A stretch of 64,000 nt of DNA, taken from NCBI GenBank assembly GCA_958009085.1, contig OY253677.1:372001-436000 (forward strand). The letters run 5' to 3'. Source of the stretch: Protoeuglena noctilucae (taxonomy: Eukaryota). Below the pieces are notes generated by a model, which was not told where the DNA came from, made no database searches, and saw only the letters and a program-made list of their open reading frames with translations. This document shows positions 12,701 through 23,919 of this stretch, one piece after another (position 1 is the stretch's first letter; each line of letters opens with the position of its first letter). A program made the position numbers and the translations under genes.

Positions 12701-15529
12701 CATGTGCTTCTAATAAGAGCTGAGTCACAGGCAAGGACAGGGCACCATTGTCATCGACTGCCGCAATAAATGTCTACGACAGCTGCGCCACGGCGCTGGT
12801 GCCACCCTGTGCCTGTCAGCTAGCACTCGCCTGCAGTGCCACCATGCGTGGTCCGAGGTTGGCGACGTGGCGGGAGAGATCGGGGGGAGGGCGGAGGGGC
12901 ACGTAAGAGCCGTCCTGGGCCGGGGGCGGGGAGAGGCCGGGCCAGGGTGCAGGGTGAGTGCGGTGAGGGGCATGGCCGAGGCCGGACTGGACGGCAGGGG
13001 TGGTAGCTGCAGGTGCACCGGCGCTCGCGGCAGCTGGAGGGTGTGCGGGGGCACTTGGCGGATGCGCCGGTGCGGGCTCGAGGGCGAGGGGGGCCGCCTT
13101 GGCGGTCGTGTGGCTGGCGGCTTGGTTGCGACCTGCCATGTCGACGCCCGCTGGCCTGTCAACACCTGCTGGTCTCTCGATGCCCGCAGGTCTCTTTTCG
13201 GACGGCCCATGGGCAGGGGCCACGCCACGCGCCTCCTGGCCCGCCTCCTGCGCGCTGGGCACTGCAGCGTCTGCGGGGTGCTGCTGCGATGCGGGTTGCT
13301 GAGAGGCAATGGGGAGAGGCCCCAGGGTCGCGAAGAGGGGCTGGGACGGGCCGCGGTAGCTGAAGACTGGCTGCGGCGCAGGGAGAGACGGGCGGTGGTA
13401 CGAATGGTGCTGTCAAGCACCCGCAAGAAAGGTGTTGGACAAGCACATAGCAGAGGGGTGGTGCGGCAGGCAGACACCGTCGGCCAAGCTGCGCCAGTCG
13501 CAGTCCGTATGGCAGCAGGACCCCAGCCACCGTCACCTGACTCAGGAAGGCGTCCGCCAGAGACCCCAGCGCCGACCCCACGCCAACACCGGCATTCTCG
13601 AAGTCCAGCACGTCCGCCGCCCTCGTCGGCCCATTCTGTCCGTTCTGCCCCTTCCGGCCCTGGCCTCGGGCCTTGCGCCGGCGCCTACGACCCCTACTCC
13701 CGCCCCTGCCTCCCCCGCCCTCTCCATCCCCCGCCCCCTCGCCACGCTCCATCTCCTCCCCGGTGGTGGAAGCCCCGGCCACCGCCGCAGTGCCACCACT
13801 CGCCCCAGCCTCGTCACTCCCATCCCCTTTGCTCTCCTGGCCACTCGCCTCTGGCCTTTGCTGCCCTCCTGCCACACCCTCCACCTGCTGCACATCCCCA
13901 TCGCCAGCCTCCCGCTCCGTCACTGCTACCGAGTGCTCGGCTGCCGGACGTGTCTCAACAACTGTGGGCCCATCGCCTTTCTCCCCCACCGCAGTCGCTC
14001 TTTTCCTTCCGTCGGCCCCCACCCTCGTCCACACCGCCAGTGCTCCCGCCTCCATCTCAGCCATCCCACCTGCACCCATGACCCCAGCCTCGCCCGCTCC
14101 CTCACTCTCCCGTCTACCCGCCCCCGCATCCCCTGCACCTGCCCTCTCATTGGCCACTCCACCCACCCCCGCAGCTCCAGCACCCGCCCCCTCGCTAGCA
14201 CCCCACGCCGCCCCCCTCCGCCGCATCCCCTCCTCGATCAACGCCCGGCCCTCCTGGAGTCGCGCCAGGGCAGACTCAGGCGTAATGACGGACACGCCCC
14301 CACTCCCGGGCATGCCGAGCGCGTGCTCCGTGAACAGCACGCGGTAGGTCGCCATGGCTGCCCGCCTCGGTCCACGATGCCGATGCCCTCTCAGGCGACC
14401 TCTTCAGGGTGCCCCACTGCAAAGCGAGGGTGTCTTCACTGCCGCGTCCCCTCGCCCTCTCGGGAAGGGCCCACGGGGATCGCCAGGGCCCGCGGTTGCC
14501 GCCCTGGGACAGGCGCGTCTGCCAGACCCTGCAAAAAGGGAAAGGACCACGAGCGGGTGCCAAGGGACAAAGGTGGCTGTCCATGTCAGCAGCGAGCGAC
14601 AGCAACTGCGCATCGCTGCCCGGCGCCCGCATACCACACCCTCCGCTCTTGCTTGAGAGGCCTCTCCTGTCCCCCCCCGCACCGCACCTGAGGCAGTGCT
14701 CCGCACACCGCGTCCCTCAGCTCCAACACCACGTCCGCCTTGCCCAGGGGACTGAGCGGCTCCAAGGCCGCCCGCTCCTGGTCGTCCTTCGCCTGCCGCA
14801 GCGCCAGGTCCCAGTTCGCCTGGTAATTCTCCAGCTGCAGAGGGGACCGTGGAATCGGTTGTTTGTGGGCCATAAGGGCAACATCCGGCTATCCAGCGCA
14901 GGGATGGCTCCACAGTGGCGCAGGTGCAGGACGGCCAGAGGAGACCCCCGTGAAACTGCGGCCACGACACGGCCGATGTTCCCCGCACCCTGCGCACCTG
15001 CTTCCAAAAGATCTCCTGAACTTGCTTGTGCGCCCACTCGACCGTCAGCCCCAGCGAGGCCTCCGCCTGCGCCGCCAGGCCCACCTCCTCGCAGACCGAA
15101 GCCCACCCCGGCCAGTCCAGCGGGGGCACCACCACCGTCTGGTCGGAGAGCTCGAAGGCCTTCGAATACCGGGTCGTGCTGCAGCGACGGGAGCGGGTGT
15201 CCGAGCGTCAGCGGGCGGGGAGGGAGCGCAGCGCAGGGACGCTGTGGGAATTTGCGCCAGGGCGGGCGCAGCGATCGCCGAGCCGCATCTCGTGACTCAC
15301 AGGAAGGCGTCGAAGAGGACCTTATGCACAAGGTTCTTGTCGCGGACCTGTCCCTGCATTCGAAACCAGGCAGGGGCAGCGGGCGATGGGAGAGGACCGG
15401 GAGCGCGGATGCGGCCGGCCAACCCGTCAGGGCTCGGGAACAAGACTGCTCGGGTCGACTCTGCGCCCCTGGCGGTGGCGCAGGCGCGCGAGGCTCCCCC
15501 CAGCGCACCTTTGCGGGCGGTCCCGCCAT
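9783..15529 (-). CDS. Large multi-exon hypothetical protein (low-complexity, basic NLS-like stretches, MLCMGCFH motif); boundaries approximate
   Basis: A chain of minus-strand coding-like exons (e.g. ELDLIRAELESTFAVINGREVERRDLEWLLEG; LENYQANWDLALRQAKDDQER; RKRRRL) separated by GT-AG introns. No family recognised. Confidence 0.5.
12350..12494. repeat. Imperfect ~45-bp direct repeat within coding exon
   Basis: gagggcagggagggcggag(g/t)tg(aac/tat)ggccaggcaggtagggcgg occurs at ~12350 and ~12447 and encodes ALPAWP(F/Y)(T/N)SALPAL twice. Confidence 0.8.
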
Positions 15530-15830
15530 GTTCGACGGACGAGCAGGAGGGCTGGTTCGATCTCGCTCGCTTGGTGCACCGTCAGCTCGCTTGGGTCGTC
15601 CGCTGAGGCGCGGGGGTCGTTCTCGTCGGGCCGGGCTTAAACACACAAACGGGCCGGCGTCGCTGCCGGAAGTGATCTGAATAGGAAATCGACGATCGGA
15701 AGTTGGCTGCCTGCCGCTGCCACCGACCTTCTGACAGTTTCAAGCACAAGTCCGCCGGCGCGAGCCGAGGGCACGCCGCCTCGGCCCGCGCCCGTCCTTT
15801 CCTTCCCTTCTTCGTTACGGTGGCGGCAGG

Positions 15831-16860
15831 ATGGTGACGAGTGAGTGGCCCGCGAGTCGTTTCGCTGGGGATGCTCGGCCCGGCGCGGTCCCCGGGCCGC
15901 GTTGGTGGCGCAGGGGCGTCGACTGCGATCCTCGTTATGCAGTCCAGACACGACTGGCGCCCCGGTCGCGGCGTTTGCATTTCCCTGCTGCCCTGGGGCC
16001 TCCTTGCGTCACCGGGGCCCCGGAGGCCGACCAGCGCCGTCCCCTTTTATACGTGACTTATTTGAGGGCTTCTGCCCGCCGCGGGGCGCCCTCTCGCCCC
16101 CGGTCGCCGCTCCTGGGCCTCCTGGGGCCGCGCGGGCGCGCCGCGCCGGGTCCCTTGACTCTCGCGGGCATTTCTGAGCTCGGATGGTTTGCTGGTTTGC
16201 TCATCGGCGGCGGTCGCGCCCGGACGTGGGCGCGGCGGCCAGGGCAGCGCCTGGCCGAGATGCGACGCCCGGGGCCTCAAGGCGCCCCGCCCCTTCCGCG
16301 ACGCAGGGTTGAAGAAGACCCGGAAGCACCGGGGCCACGTGTCCATGGGCTATGGCCGCGTGGGGAAGCACCGGAAGCACCCCAGCGGCCGCGGTAACGC
16401 GGGTGGGCAGCACCACAAGCGCATCTGGATGGACAAGTACCACCCCGGTTACTTCGGGAAGGCGAGTCGCGGACGCGCGGACGGGACCCCGCCGTGGGCT
16501 CCGGGCGGCTGCGCGCACGTTGCTCTTGGGTTGCTCGCGGGCGTCCGCTCGCGACCCCGGCTCCCCGAGGCCCCGCAGGTCGGCATGCGCCACTTCCATC
16601 TGAAGAAGAACCCCATCCACTGCCCCGTCGTCAACCTGGACAAGCTTTGGTCGCTGGCGGGCGGCGACGAGGCCATCAAGGCGGCCGAGGCGCAGAAGGG
16701 CAAGGCCCTCGTCATCGACGTGACGCAGCACGGCTTCTTCAAGGTCCTCGGCAAGGGCGGGCTCCCCAAGCTGCCCGTGGTCGTCAAGGCCAAGTTCTTC
16801 TCCAAGCTGGCCGAGCAGCGCATCAAGGAGGCGGGCGGCGCGTGCGTTCTCAAGGCCTGA
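15831..16860 (+). CDS. RPL27A: 60S ribosomal protein L27a (uL15), 3 exons (15831-15840, 16307-16461, 16579-16860)
   Basis: [62 protein letters not shown]...KVLGKG...[25 protein letters not shown]. The second intron (16462-16578) is GC-AG. Confidence 0.97.
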
Positions 16861-17191
16861 TCGTGCGCGGGGCTTTCGCGCAGCTCGCGGGGCGGGGTCG
16901 CGAGCCGCGCCAGACAGCCGTCCGCGGGGCGGCGTGGGGGTGGGTTTGACACGACGGGACGCTGGTGCGTGCACAGGAGCGCGCAGCGGCAACAGGGCTG
17001 GGGTGTAGGGCTTGCTGGCCGGCTCTTGAATCCATGGTCGGCTGCACCTCGCGCCTCAGCAATGCTAGCGTGCTGATTTGAGGCGGCAGAAGTGGCATGG
17101 CGCATCGACAGAGAGACAGTCAGCACACGGGCTAGAGGCCAGGACCAGGTGTCGCTAGCGGCTTTGCCGTGGGTCGCCGTGAAATGTTCAC

Positions 17192-18738
17192 CTAGGACGC
17201 TGCCGCGTCGGCCACCTCCCTCGCCACCTCCGGCTTCAGCTCCCGGCTCATGACCTCGAGCGTGACCTTGTTGGGATCCTCGCCCATGTGCAGCACGCGG
17301 AAGATGCCTGGGACGAGCGAGATAGCACTATTCAGGGGCACGGCACGTGCTCCACCATCAACCACCGACCCAGGTAGGGCACGCGGATCGCCCCTTATGT
17401 CGCTCACCGTTGATGATCGGTGCATCCACGCCAAGCTTCCTCGCCAGCGCCTCCGCGCTCCTCGCCGTCACCACCCCCTCCGCCACCGTGTGCGTCGAGG
17501 CCAAAATGTCCTCCAGGCGCTCGCCGCGACCGATCCTGCGCACACGCACCTCATCGCCGTGCGCACGGGCGCGAGCCACGCCCGCTGCTAAACCAGCCAA
17601 GCGCCCCGCGCCCTTCCCATCACCTCAGTCCAACGGTGCGGTTCCGCGACAGGTCCCCCGTGCACGTGAGGACCAGGTCTCCCATCCCCGACAGCCCCAG
17701 GAACGTCAGGGGGTTGGCCCCCCGCGCCACGGCCACCTTGGTGATCTCCGCGAGCCCGCGCGTGATGAGGGCGGCGCGGGCGTTGGCGCCGTAGCCCAGG
17801 CCGTCCGAGATGCCGCACGCGATGGCGAGGACGTTCTTAAGCGCCCCGCCCAGCTCCACGCCCGCCACGTCGCTGGTGCGGTAGCAGCGGAAGTAGGGCG
17901 TGGACAGGGTCTTCTGCACCTGCTCGGCGACGGCCTCGTCCCTCGCCGCAATGGTCACGACCGTGGGCTTGCCCGAAGCCACCTGGGCAGGGCAAGCGAG
18001 GGGCACAAGGGGGTCAGGTCGGGCCCACGAGGCGTGGGAGAAACGAAGGCGGGATACGCGAGCCCGGCCTGCCCGGGATGCGCGAATGGCGATCGCACCT
18101 CGGCTGCGAAGGAAGGCCCTGACAGGAAGCTGGTGCGGTTCCGCATGTGCGGGGGGAGCACGCGGTCGAGGATCTGGTCGCACGTTTCGAGGGTGTCATT
18201 CTCGATGCCCTTGGCGCACGAGCAGAGGATGTGGTCAGGACGGAACAGCTGGCCGACCTGCGCCATCGTGGGCACCACGAATTGCGTAGGAATGACCATC
18301 AGGACCAGCTGCGCGAACCCGACGACCTGGGCCATGTCCTGGGAGGCGAGGAGACCCGCGGGGCACTGGTGGCCTGCCAGGAATGTCCTGTTCTCTCGGT
18401 CTGGTCCGTTGATACCGTCGACCACGTCCTTCTCCCTGCAGCAAGGACGATAGCGTGGAACTGAGCTCGCTGCGGTGGGCCACAGCGAGCAAATCTCAGG
18501 GAAAGTTCTCGCGCGGACCCCACCTGGCCCAGATCATGACCTCGTGACCCATCCTCGCGCAGTGGATGGCGAGTGCGGTGCCCCACGCGCCTCCGCCGAG
18601 GACCCCGACCTGTGTCCGCGGCGCAAACCGTGCTGACGCGAAATCGCAGGCCTCGCGCGCAGACGCGCGGCATCCACCGCGTTCTTCAGAATACCAGTCG
18701 ACCATCAACGCTCGCATCGGCCTTAGGTATCGCTTCAT
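17192..18738 (-). CDS. NAD(P)H-dependent glycerol-3-phosphate dehydrogenase (GpsA-like), multi-exon; start uncertain
   Basis: GxGxxG fold [67 protein letters not shown] and VAEGV motifs. Confidence 0.93.
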
Positions 18739-19333
18739 CACGCTGAGCAAGAGCCCTGAAGGTCCCACAAGCTCATGCTTGCAGCTCCCTCGCCTTCACC
18801 CTCGCGGAACCCATAGTGGCGGTCATGACGCGATTTCGTGTGAGACGCTGATGTGCTGGGGGCGAGGGAATGTATGCTTGCTCAGCGCGGTGTCGCCCAC
18901 GTCGATGGGGTCACCGAGGCGCCGGTCCAGTCCATACAGGGTTACGCAGCGCGCGCTCTTTGTGCCTGTCTTGCCGGATAAGCCCGCGGGGCCCCAGGAC
19001 CGGGGTGGGTAACGCGACTTGCGTCTGGCCCTGCGCCGGGCTCTCCGATCGCACGCTCGCGGGTCTGACGATCGAACAGACTTAGCTGTCACCAGAGTGC
19101 GCTACGCCGGGCCCGAGCCCCGCAGTTGATGCCCGCATGCGCGGGGAAGACCCCGCCTTGCGTGTCGCCAACAGTCAGGCCCTGGCATCTGGGCCGCCAG
19201 CGAGGATGGTTGCAACGCGTAAGTAGAACTCGCAGCTGCTTGGCAGGTCGTACCCGGCATTGAGGCCTTTGACGCTGCGCCTGCGCTGGTTGAAGGGGCC
19301 GCATGCCTGGACTTGTGACGGTGCGCTGTGGGC

Positions 19334-20949
19334 ATGTCCGCAGACGAGGCCGCTATGACGGGCGGCGAGAAAGCCAAGCGGGCGTTGAAGGCCGAGCGTA
19401 AGGGTCCGCGCGTGGGTGAGGCGCTGCGGCGAGGCCGTCTGCGTTGTCACTTCGGCCTGGTCGGGTCGTCTTGGCACCCCGCGTGAGCCGGCCGCGCGCG
19501 CAGGATGGGACAACCTGCCCGGAGAGCTGCATCGCGAGATCCTGCGGCTGGTCCCCCTGCGCGACGCGACGGCGGCGCATGCGGTGTCGTGGGAGATGCG
19601 TGACGAGGTGGACGAGGTGGACGAGCGAGTGGGGCATTCGGGCCGCGGAGGAGGACCATCTTGATGCCATTTTCGACCACTTCATGGGTGACGGTTCTGA
19701 TGTGGAGTTCGTCTTGGGCCCTCTGGCTGTGCACGTATTTGGCGGGTCCCATGCGCACCACCTGGCGAGCTTGGGGCTGTGGTGGCTGGCCTTGCTGGTG
19801 GCGGACGGGCCGGACATCAACGGCTTGCCGTGCGCCGTGCCTGAGGACGTGGACGTCGACCAGTCGCCGCTGATGGTGGCAGTGCGGGCGACGCGGCCGG
19901 TGGGGCGCGGGGCGGACGACGAGGTGGAGTGGGCGTACGCGCTGGGGGACGAGGAGGTGGCGCGGATGGTGCGGGTGGCGGTGGGGATGGGGGCGGACGT
20001 CAACCGGCGGCTGCAGGGAGCATGGCCGCTGATGACCTACTGCGCGATGCGGGGCTGCCTGGAGGCGGTGAAGGCGTGCCTGGCAGCGGGGGCGGAGGTG
20101 GATGCGGAGGGAGACGACAAAGATTGGGGCTGGTGGACGGCTTTGGTGAATGCCGCACATGGGGGTCACGAGGCGGTGGTGGAGGCGCTACTGGAGGCGG
20201 GGGCGTCGGCCACGGTCGGTTGGGAAGACGAGGATTGGACCTTGGCAGCTGTGTGCGATGGACATCAGACGCCGAGTATCGTGAGGCGGCTAGCAGAGGC
20301 GGGGGCGAACGCTAACGCCCCAAGACTAAGTGGTGTCACGGCCATCCACGGGGCAGCAATGAAAGGCAACGTGGCCGTCATGCAGGCGCTGTTGGATTCG
20401 GGGGCCGACGTGACAGTGATGAACATTGATGGAGATACCGCGATGCACCTCGCTGCGACCGGGGAGGTGGTCCGGTGGTTGGCGGCGCGTGGGGTGAGCG
20501 TCCAGGGCGATGGGGTCAACACTTTCCCACTCATGTCAGCGTGCATTCGCGGCCGCGTGGAGGCTGCCCGCGCACTGATCGAGCTGGGCGCGGATGTCCA
20601 CTACAGGGACAGGAAAGCAGCTCAAATGGCTCTCCACTGCGCGGTGGAGCTTCGCAGAGCGCAAGAGGCCCTTGGGATGACGCGGCTTCTGCTGGCGGCG
20701 GGGGCGGACCCTGATGCCGTGGATGGGAAGAGGCAGACGCCCCTGCACGTGGTCAGGCATGCGCCGTGCGTCGACCTGCTGGTGGACGCTGGGGCGGAGC
20801 TGGAGGCCCAGGACAGCCGGGGCAGGACACCGCTCCGTGCCGCTGTCACCCAGTCGCCATGCCGGGTCGAGGTGGTGATGCGGCTGGCCGACTGCAGAGT
20901 GGAAGTGGGAGTGGAGCGGGCCCTGCGCAGCGGCAGGCAGCCGGGCTGA
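19334..20949 (+). pseudogene. F-box + ankyrin-repeat protein gene with an apparent frameshift near 19605-19630
   Basis: Exon 1 (19334-19415) splices in phase to an F-box (GWDNLPGELHREILRLVPLRDATAAHAVSWEMR) whose frame stops at 19664. About 8 ankyrin repeats (TALVNAA, TAIHGAA, TAMHLAA, TPLH, TPLR) lie in the +1 frame. Confidence 0.7.
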
Positions 20950-21721
20950 CTGCGCATGCCAGGTGAAGGCGCGGGGCAGGGGTCGGTGCCGAGTCGGGGC
21001 ATGGCGAGTTGCAGGCGTGAGTATGACGGCGACTCGCTGCTCTGCTGCGTGCAGGCGGGCAAGAGACTGACGCCGGCGCAGAGGTGTGTGGTGCGGGGAG
21101 GGGGATACTAGGAGGCGTGATGTGCATGAGGGAGTGCACTCCGAGAGAGCAGCGGATAGGCGGCAGCCGATGAGAGAGAGAGGCATAGTGCCCGACGCAG
21201 GAAGGCGGGGTCGCAGGTATGGGGTTAAGAGCAACTGCCCTCCCTGGCCGCGCATTGAAAAAGAGGCACCGAGAGCACCGAGATGGGCCCACGTGCCCAC
21301 GGCACTCCAGCTTTCGACCCGGTTAAGTGGCGCAGCTAGCGACAGAAAGCACGTGGTGTGGGCCAGCTTGGCCCCATCTGGAACGCACAGCACATGCAAC
21401 GGCTGCCCTCACTCAGCCCCCCTGGGGCCGAGCGGCCTCTGCTCTGTCCGTTGCAATCCCACTGCACTCTTCCTGCGCTTGGATGCTGTTCGTGCTAGCT
21501 CCGATCTAGTGCTACTTAAGTCCCCCGCCTGGCGGCTTCTGTGGGCTGTGACTCTTCTCTTTCTTTGGCCCTTCTTGCACGTAGGGCTTTGACGGTGCCC
21601 TACCTCAGTCCTAATCTTCTTTACTCCTTAGGAGCAAGACGTTTGTGTCCAAAGATTGCACTCGACGATTGGCACCTGCGAACCGTGTTGCCACGGAGCT
21701 GTACTTCGACCTGGAAACGCG

Positions 21722-23720
21722 ATGGAAAACGCCGGGCTGGAGTTCCTTGCGGAGGAGGTGCGTGTCGACTTTGACGCTGCCGCTGGACGTAGAATTATGT
21801 TTAGAAAGCGCTGTGATGCGGGGAGGCCGGTGCGACCCTTGCGCTCGCGCGCCGCTGTCCATAAGGCTGTTCCCGCGGCGAACGGACACGGGGCCCGCGC
21901 GCGCCGCGCAGGACGACGGCGGACTCGGCGGCCTCGTCATGGACGCGCTGGGTGAGTTGGACGCTTCCTGTCCCATGGGCGACGCCGGAGGAGCAGCGGG
22001 GGGCGCGGCCTCAGTCCTACTGCACCTGGTGAGGAGGGTGGAGCGCTAGCCATGCACCCCACTTGCCCCACGGCACCCCCGCTGTGGCTAAGCGACACAC
22101 GCGACCGACACCTCACGCGCACTACGCAGAGCCCCTCGGAGCGCCAGGCATGGCTCGCCCGGGAGCTCGTTGCACGCCCAGGTGGGGATCGCTGCAGCAT
22201 GTCCCTTCAAGCCACGGCTTCGCTCGAACATGACATGTGAACGCGACGCGCGCTTCGTCGATTCCCGCAGAGCTCGATGGCGTCCTCGACGCCTGCTTCG
22301 ACTGTCTCTTGATCGGGGCCTCCCCCACGCCTGCGGCCAGCCTGGAGGCCAAGCGCCGCAAGGCCCAGGGGTCCCTGGCAGAGAAGCGGCGCGAGATGGC
22401 GACCCCGCGGGGTACCCCGACAGCCTGGGACCGCCAGCTCTCCGAGAGCCTCGGCCAGGCCTTGCAGGCGCAGGCAAGGACAGCATTGTGACGGCCTGCA
22501 GCCAGCACAGTGGCCCAGCGAGTCTCGCCACGCAGCTGGGCAGCCATGAGTCTCACTTTCACAACATGCGCGCAGGAAGTGGCCCTGCGCGACACCTGCG
22601 TGGAGGTGCAGGCAGTGCACCGGGACCTCCAGCACACGGTGGCCGCGCTCGAGGAGGAGCTGGGCCGCATCCTGGGTGCGCAGGCCCCACTGCAGCGCAA
22701 GGGCCGCGTGGGCTTGCTGGCTGGCACGCCCACCCCGCGCAACTCCATGGCCCGGCGCAAGGGCCCCGACCCGCTCCTCGCGTCAGGCGGGGGGCACCTG
22801 GGACCGCTGGTGGAGGCTACGGTTGAGGAGGACCCGCCTGCGGAGACGTACGACGACAAGGGCGCGCCGGGGCGCATGGAGGTCGATGAGCCGGCGGGGG
22901 GCGAGCGGCCCGGCCTCGCTCAAGAGACGGGCGCGGCGCCGACCGGGAAGCCCACCCCGGCGTGGGCGGCTCTGGACCACGAGGTCGTTGCGGCAAAGAA
23001 TGAGACCACCATCCGCCGGTGAGGCCTCGAGGGGCGGCGTGGCCTCTCAGAGCAGCGCAAGCGGTGTTACGGGGGCGTGAATGGCTGCATGACCCCACCG
23101 GGCGGCGCCTTGGGGTGCTGTAAGCGCGTTCGTGCCGGGGCCCCAATCTTGCTTGCGACCTCCCGGCGCCCGCAGGGAGCTCAAGCGTCGCTTTGCCGAG
23201 CGCATCGTCGAGATGGCGGACGAGATGGCCCAGAAGCGGCCCAAGAGCTGCATCGCACCGGCCGCGACGCAGGTCCTGGACAAGTGGTACCGCGACCACT
23301 TCGCCTTCCCGTACCCCAGCGATGGGGACAAGGCGAGTGTGCTGGGGCAGAAGAGGAGCGCTGAGGGCAGCAAGCATGACGCAAGCACGGCCGGGAGCAA
23401 GGGTCGACGAACCATTCACTCCTGCAGGAGGCACTGGCGCTGCGCACCGGGCTGAGCCTGGACCAGGTCAACAACTGGTTCATCAACCGGCGCAAGAGGC
23501 ACTGGATCAAGGCCTTCCAGCACAAGAAACCGCAGGCGAGAAGGGCACGGAGGCAGTGATGCGCCGCGGCGATCCCCGGGTCACCCAAAGCAGATACATG
23601 CAAACATTGTCGCCTATGCAGAGTCGGGAGGAGGCCCTCCGGGAGCTCAAGGCCCTCGGCATCGTGGACCAGCGGGGCCGCTGCATCGCGGCCATCGACA
23701 GCGAGGCAGCGGACGCCTGA
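21722..23720 (+). CDS. KNOX-class TALE homeodomain transcription factor (GSM1-like), 8 exons
   Basis: KNOX1-like [25 protein letters not shown]-like [26 protein letters not shown] homeodomain ...[42 protein letters not shown], and C-terminal [11 protein letters not shown]. Confidence 0.88.
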
Positions 23721-23919
23721 TGCGCCAGCAGATGCCATCGATGCGCAGCTTTGTGACGCTTTTGAACGTGTGCGACCTCGGCGACGGTCGCGGCCGCTTG
23801 TGCTTGCGCCCGTGGACTGACGTCAGTACGCCGCGGTGTGATATCGACGCTGCCGCGCCCGCCCACCCCCAGTTGCCCCCTGTCCGGATCCAGGTTGTTT
23901 TGTACACCCTCTAGTGATC

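Noticed and set aside
10752..14691. Long plus-strand ORFs (598, 404 and 419 aa)
   Set aside because: These are antisense shadows of GC-rich minus-strand exons.
15920..15953. Hairpin followed by ACA in RPL27a intron 1 as an H/ACA snoRNA
   Set aside because: The hairpin is short, and there is no ANANNA H box or convincing pseudouridylation pocket.
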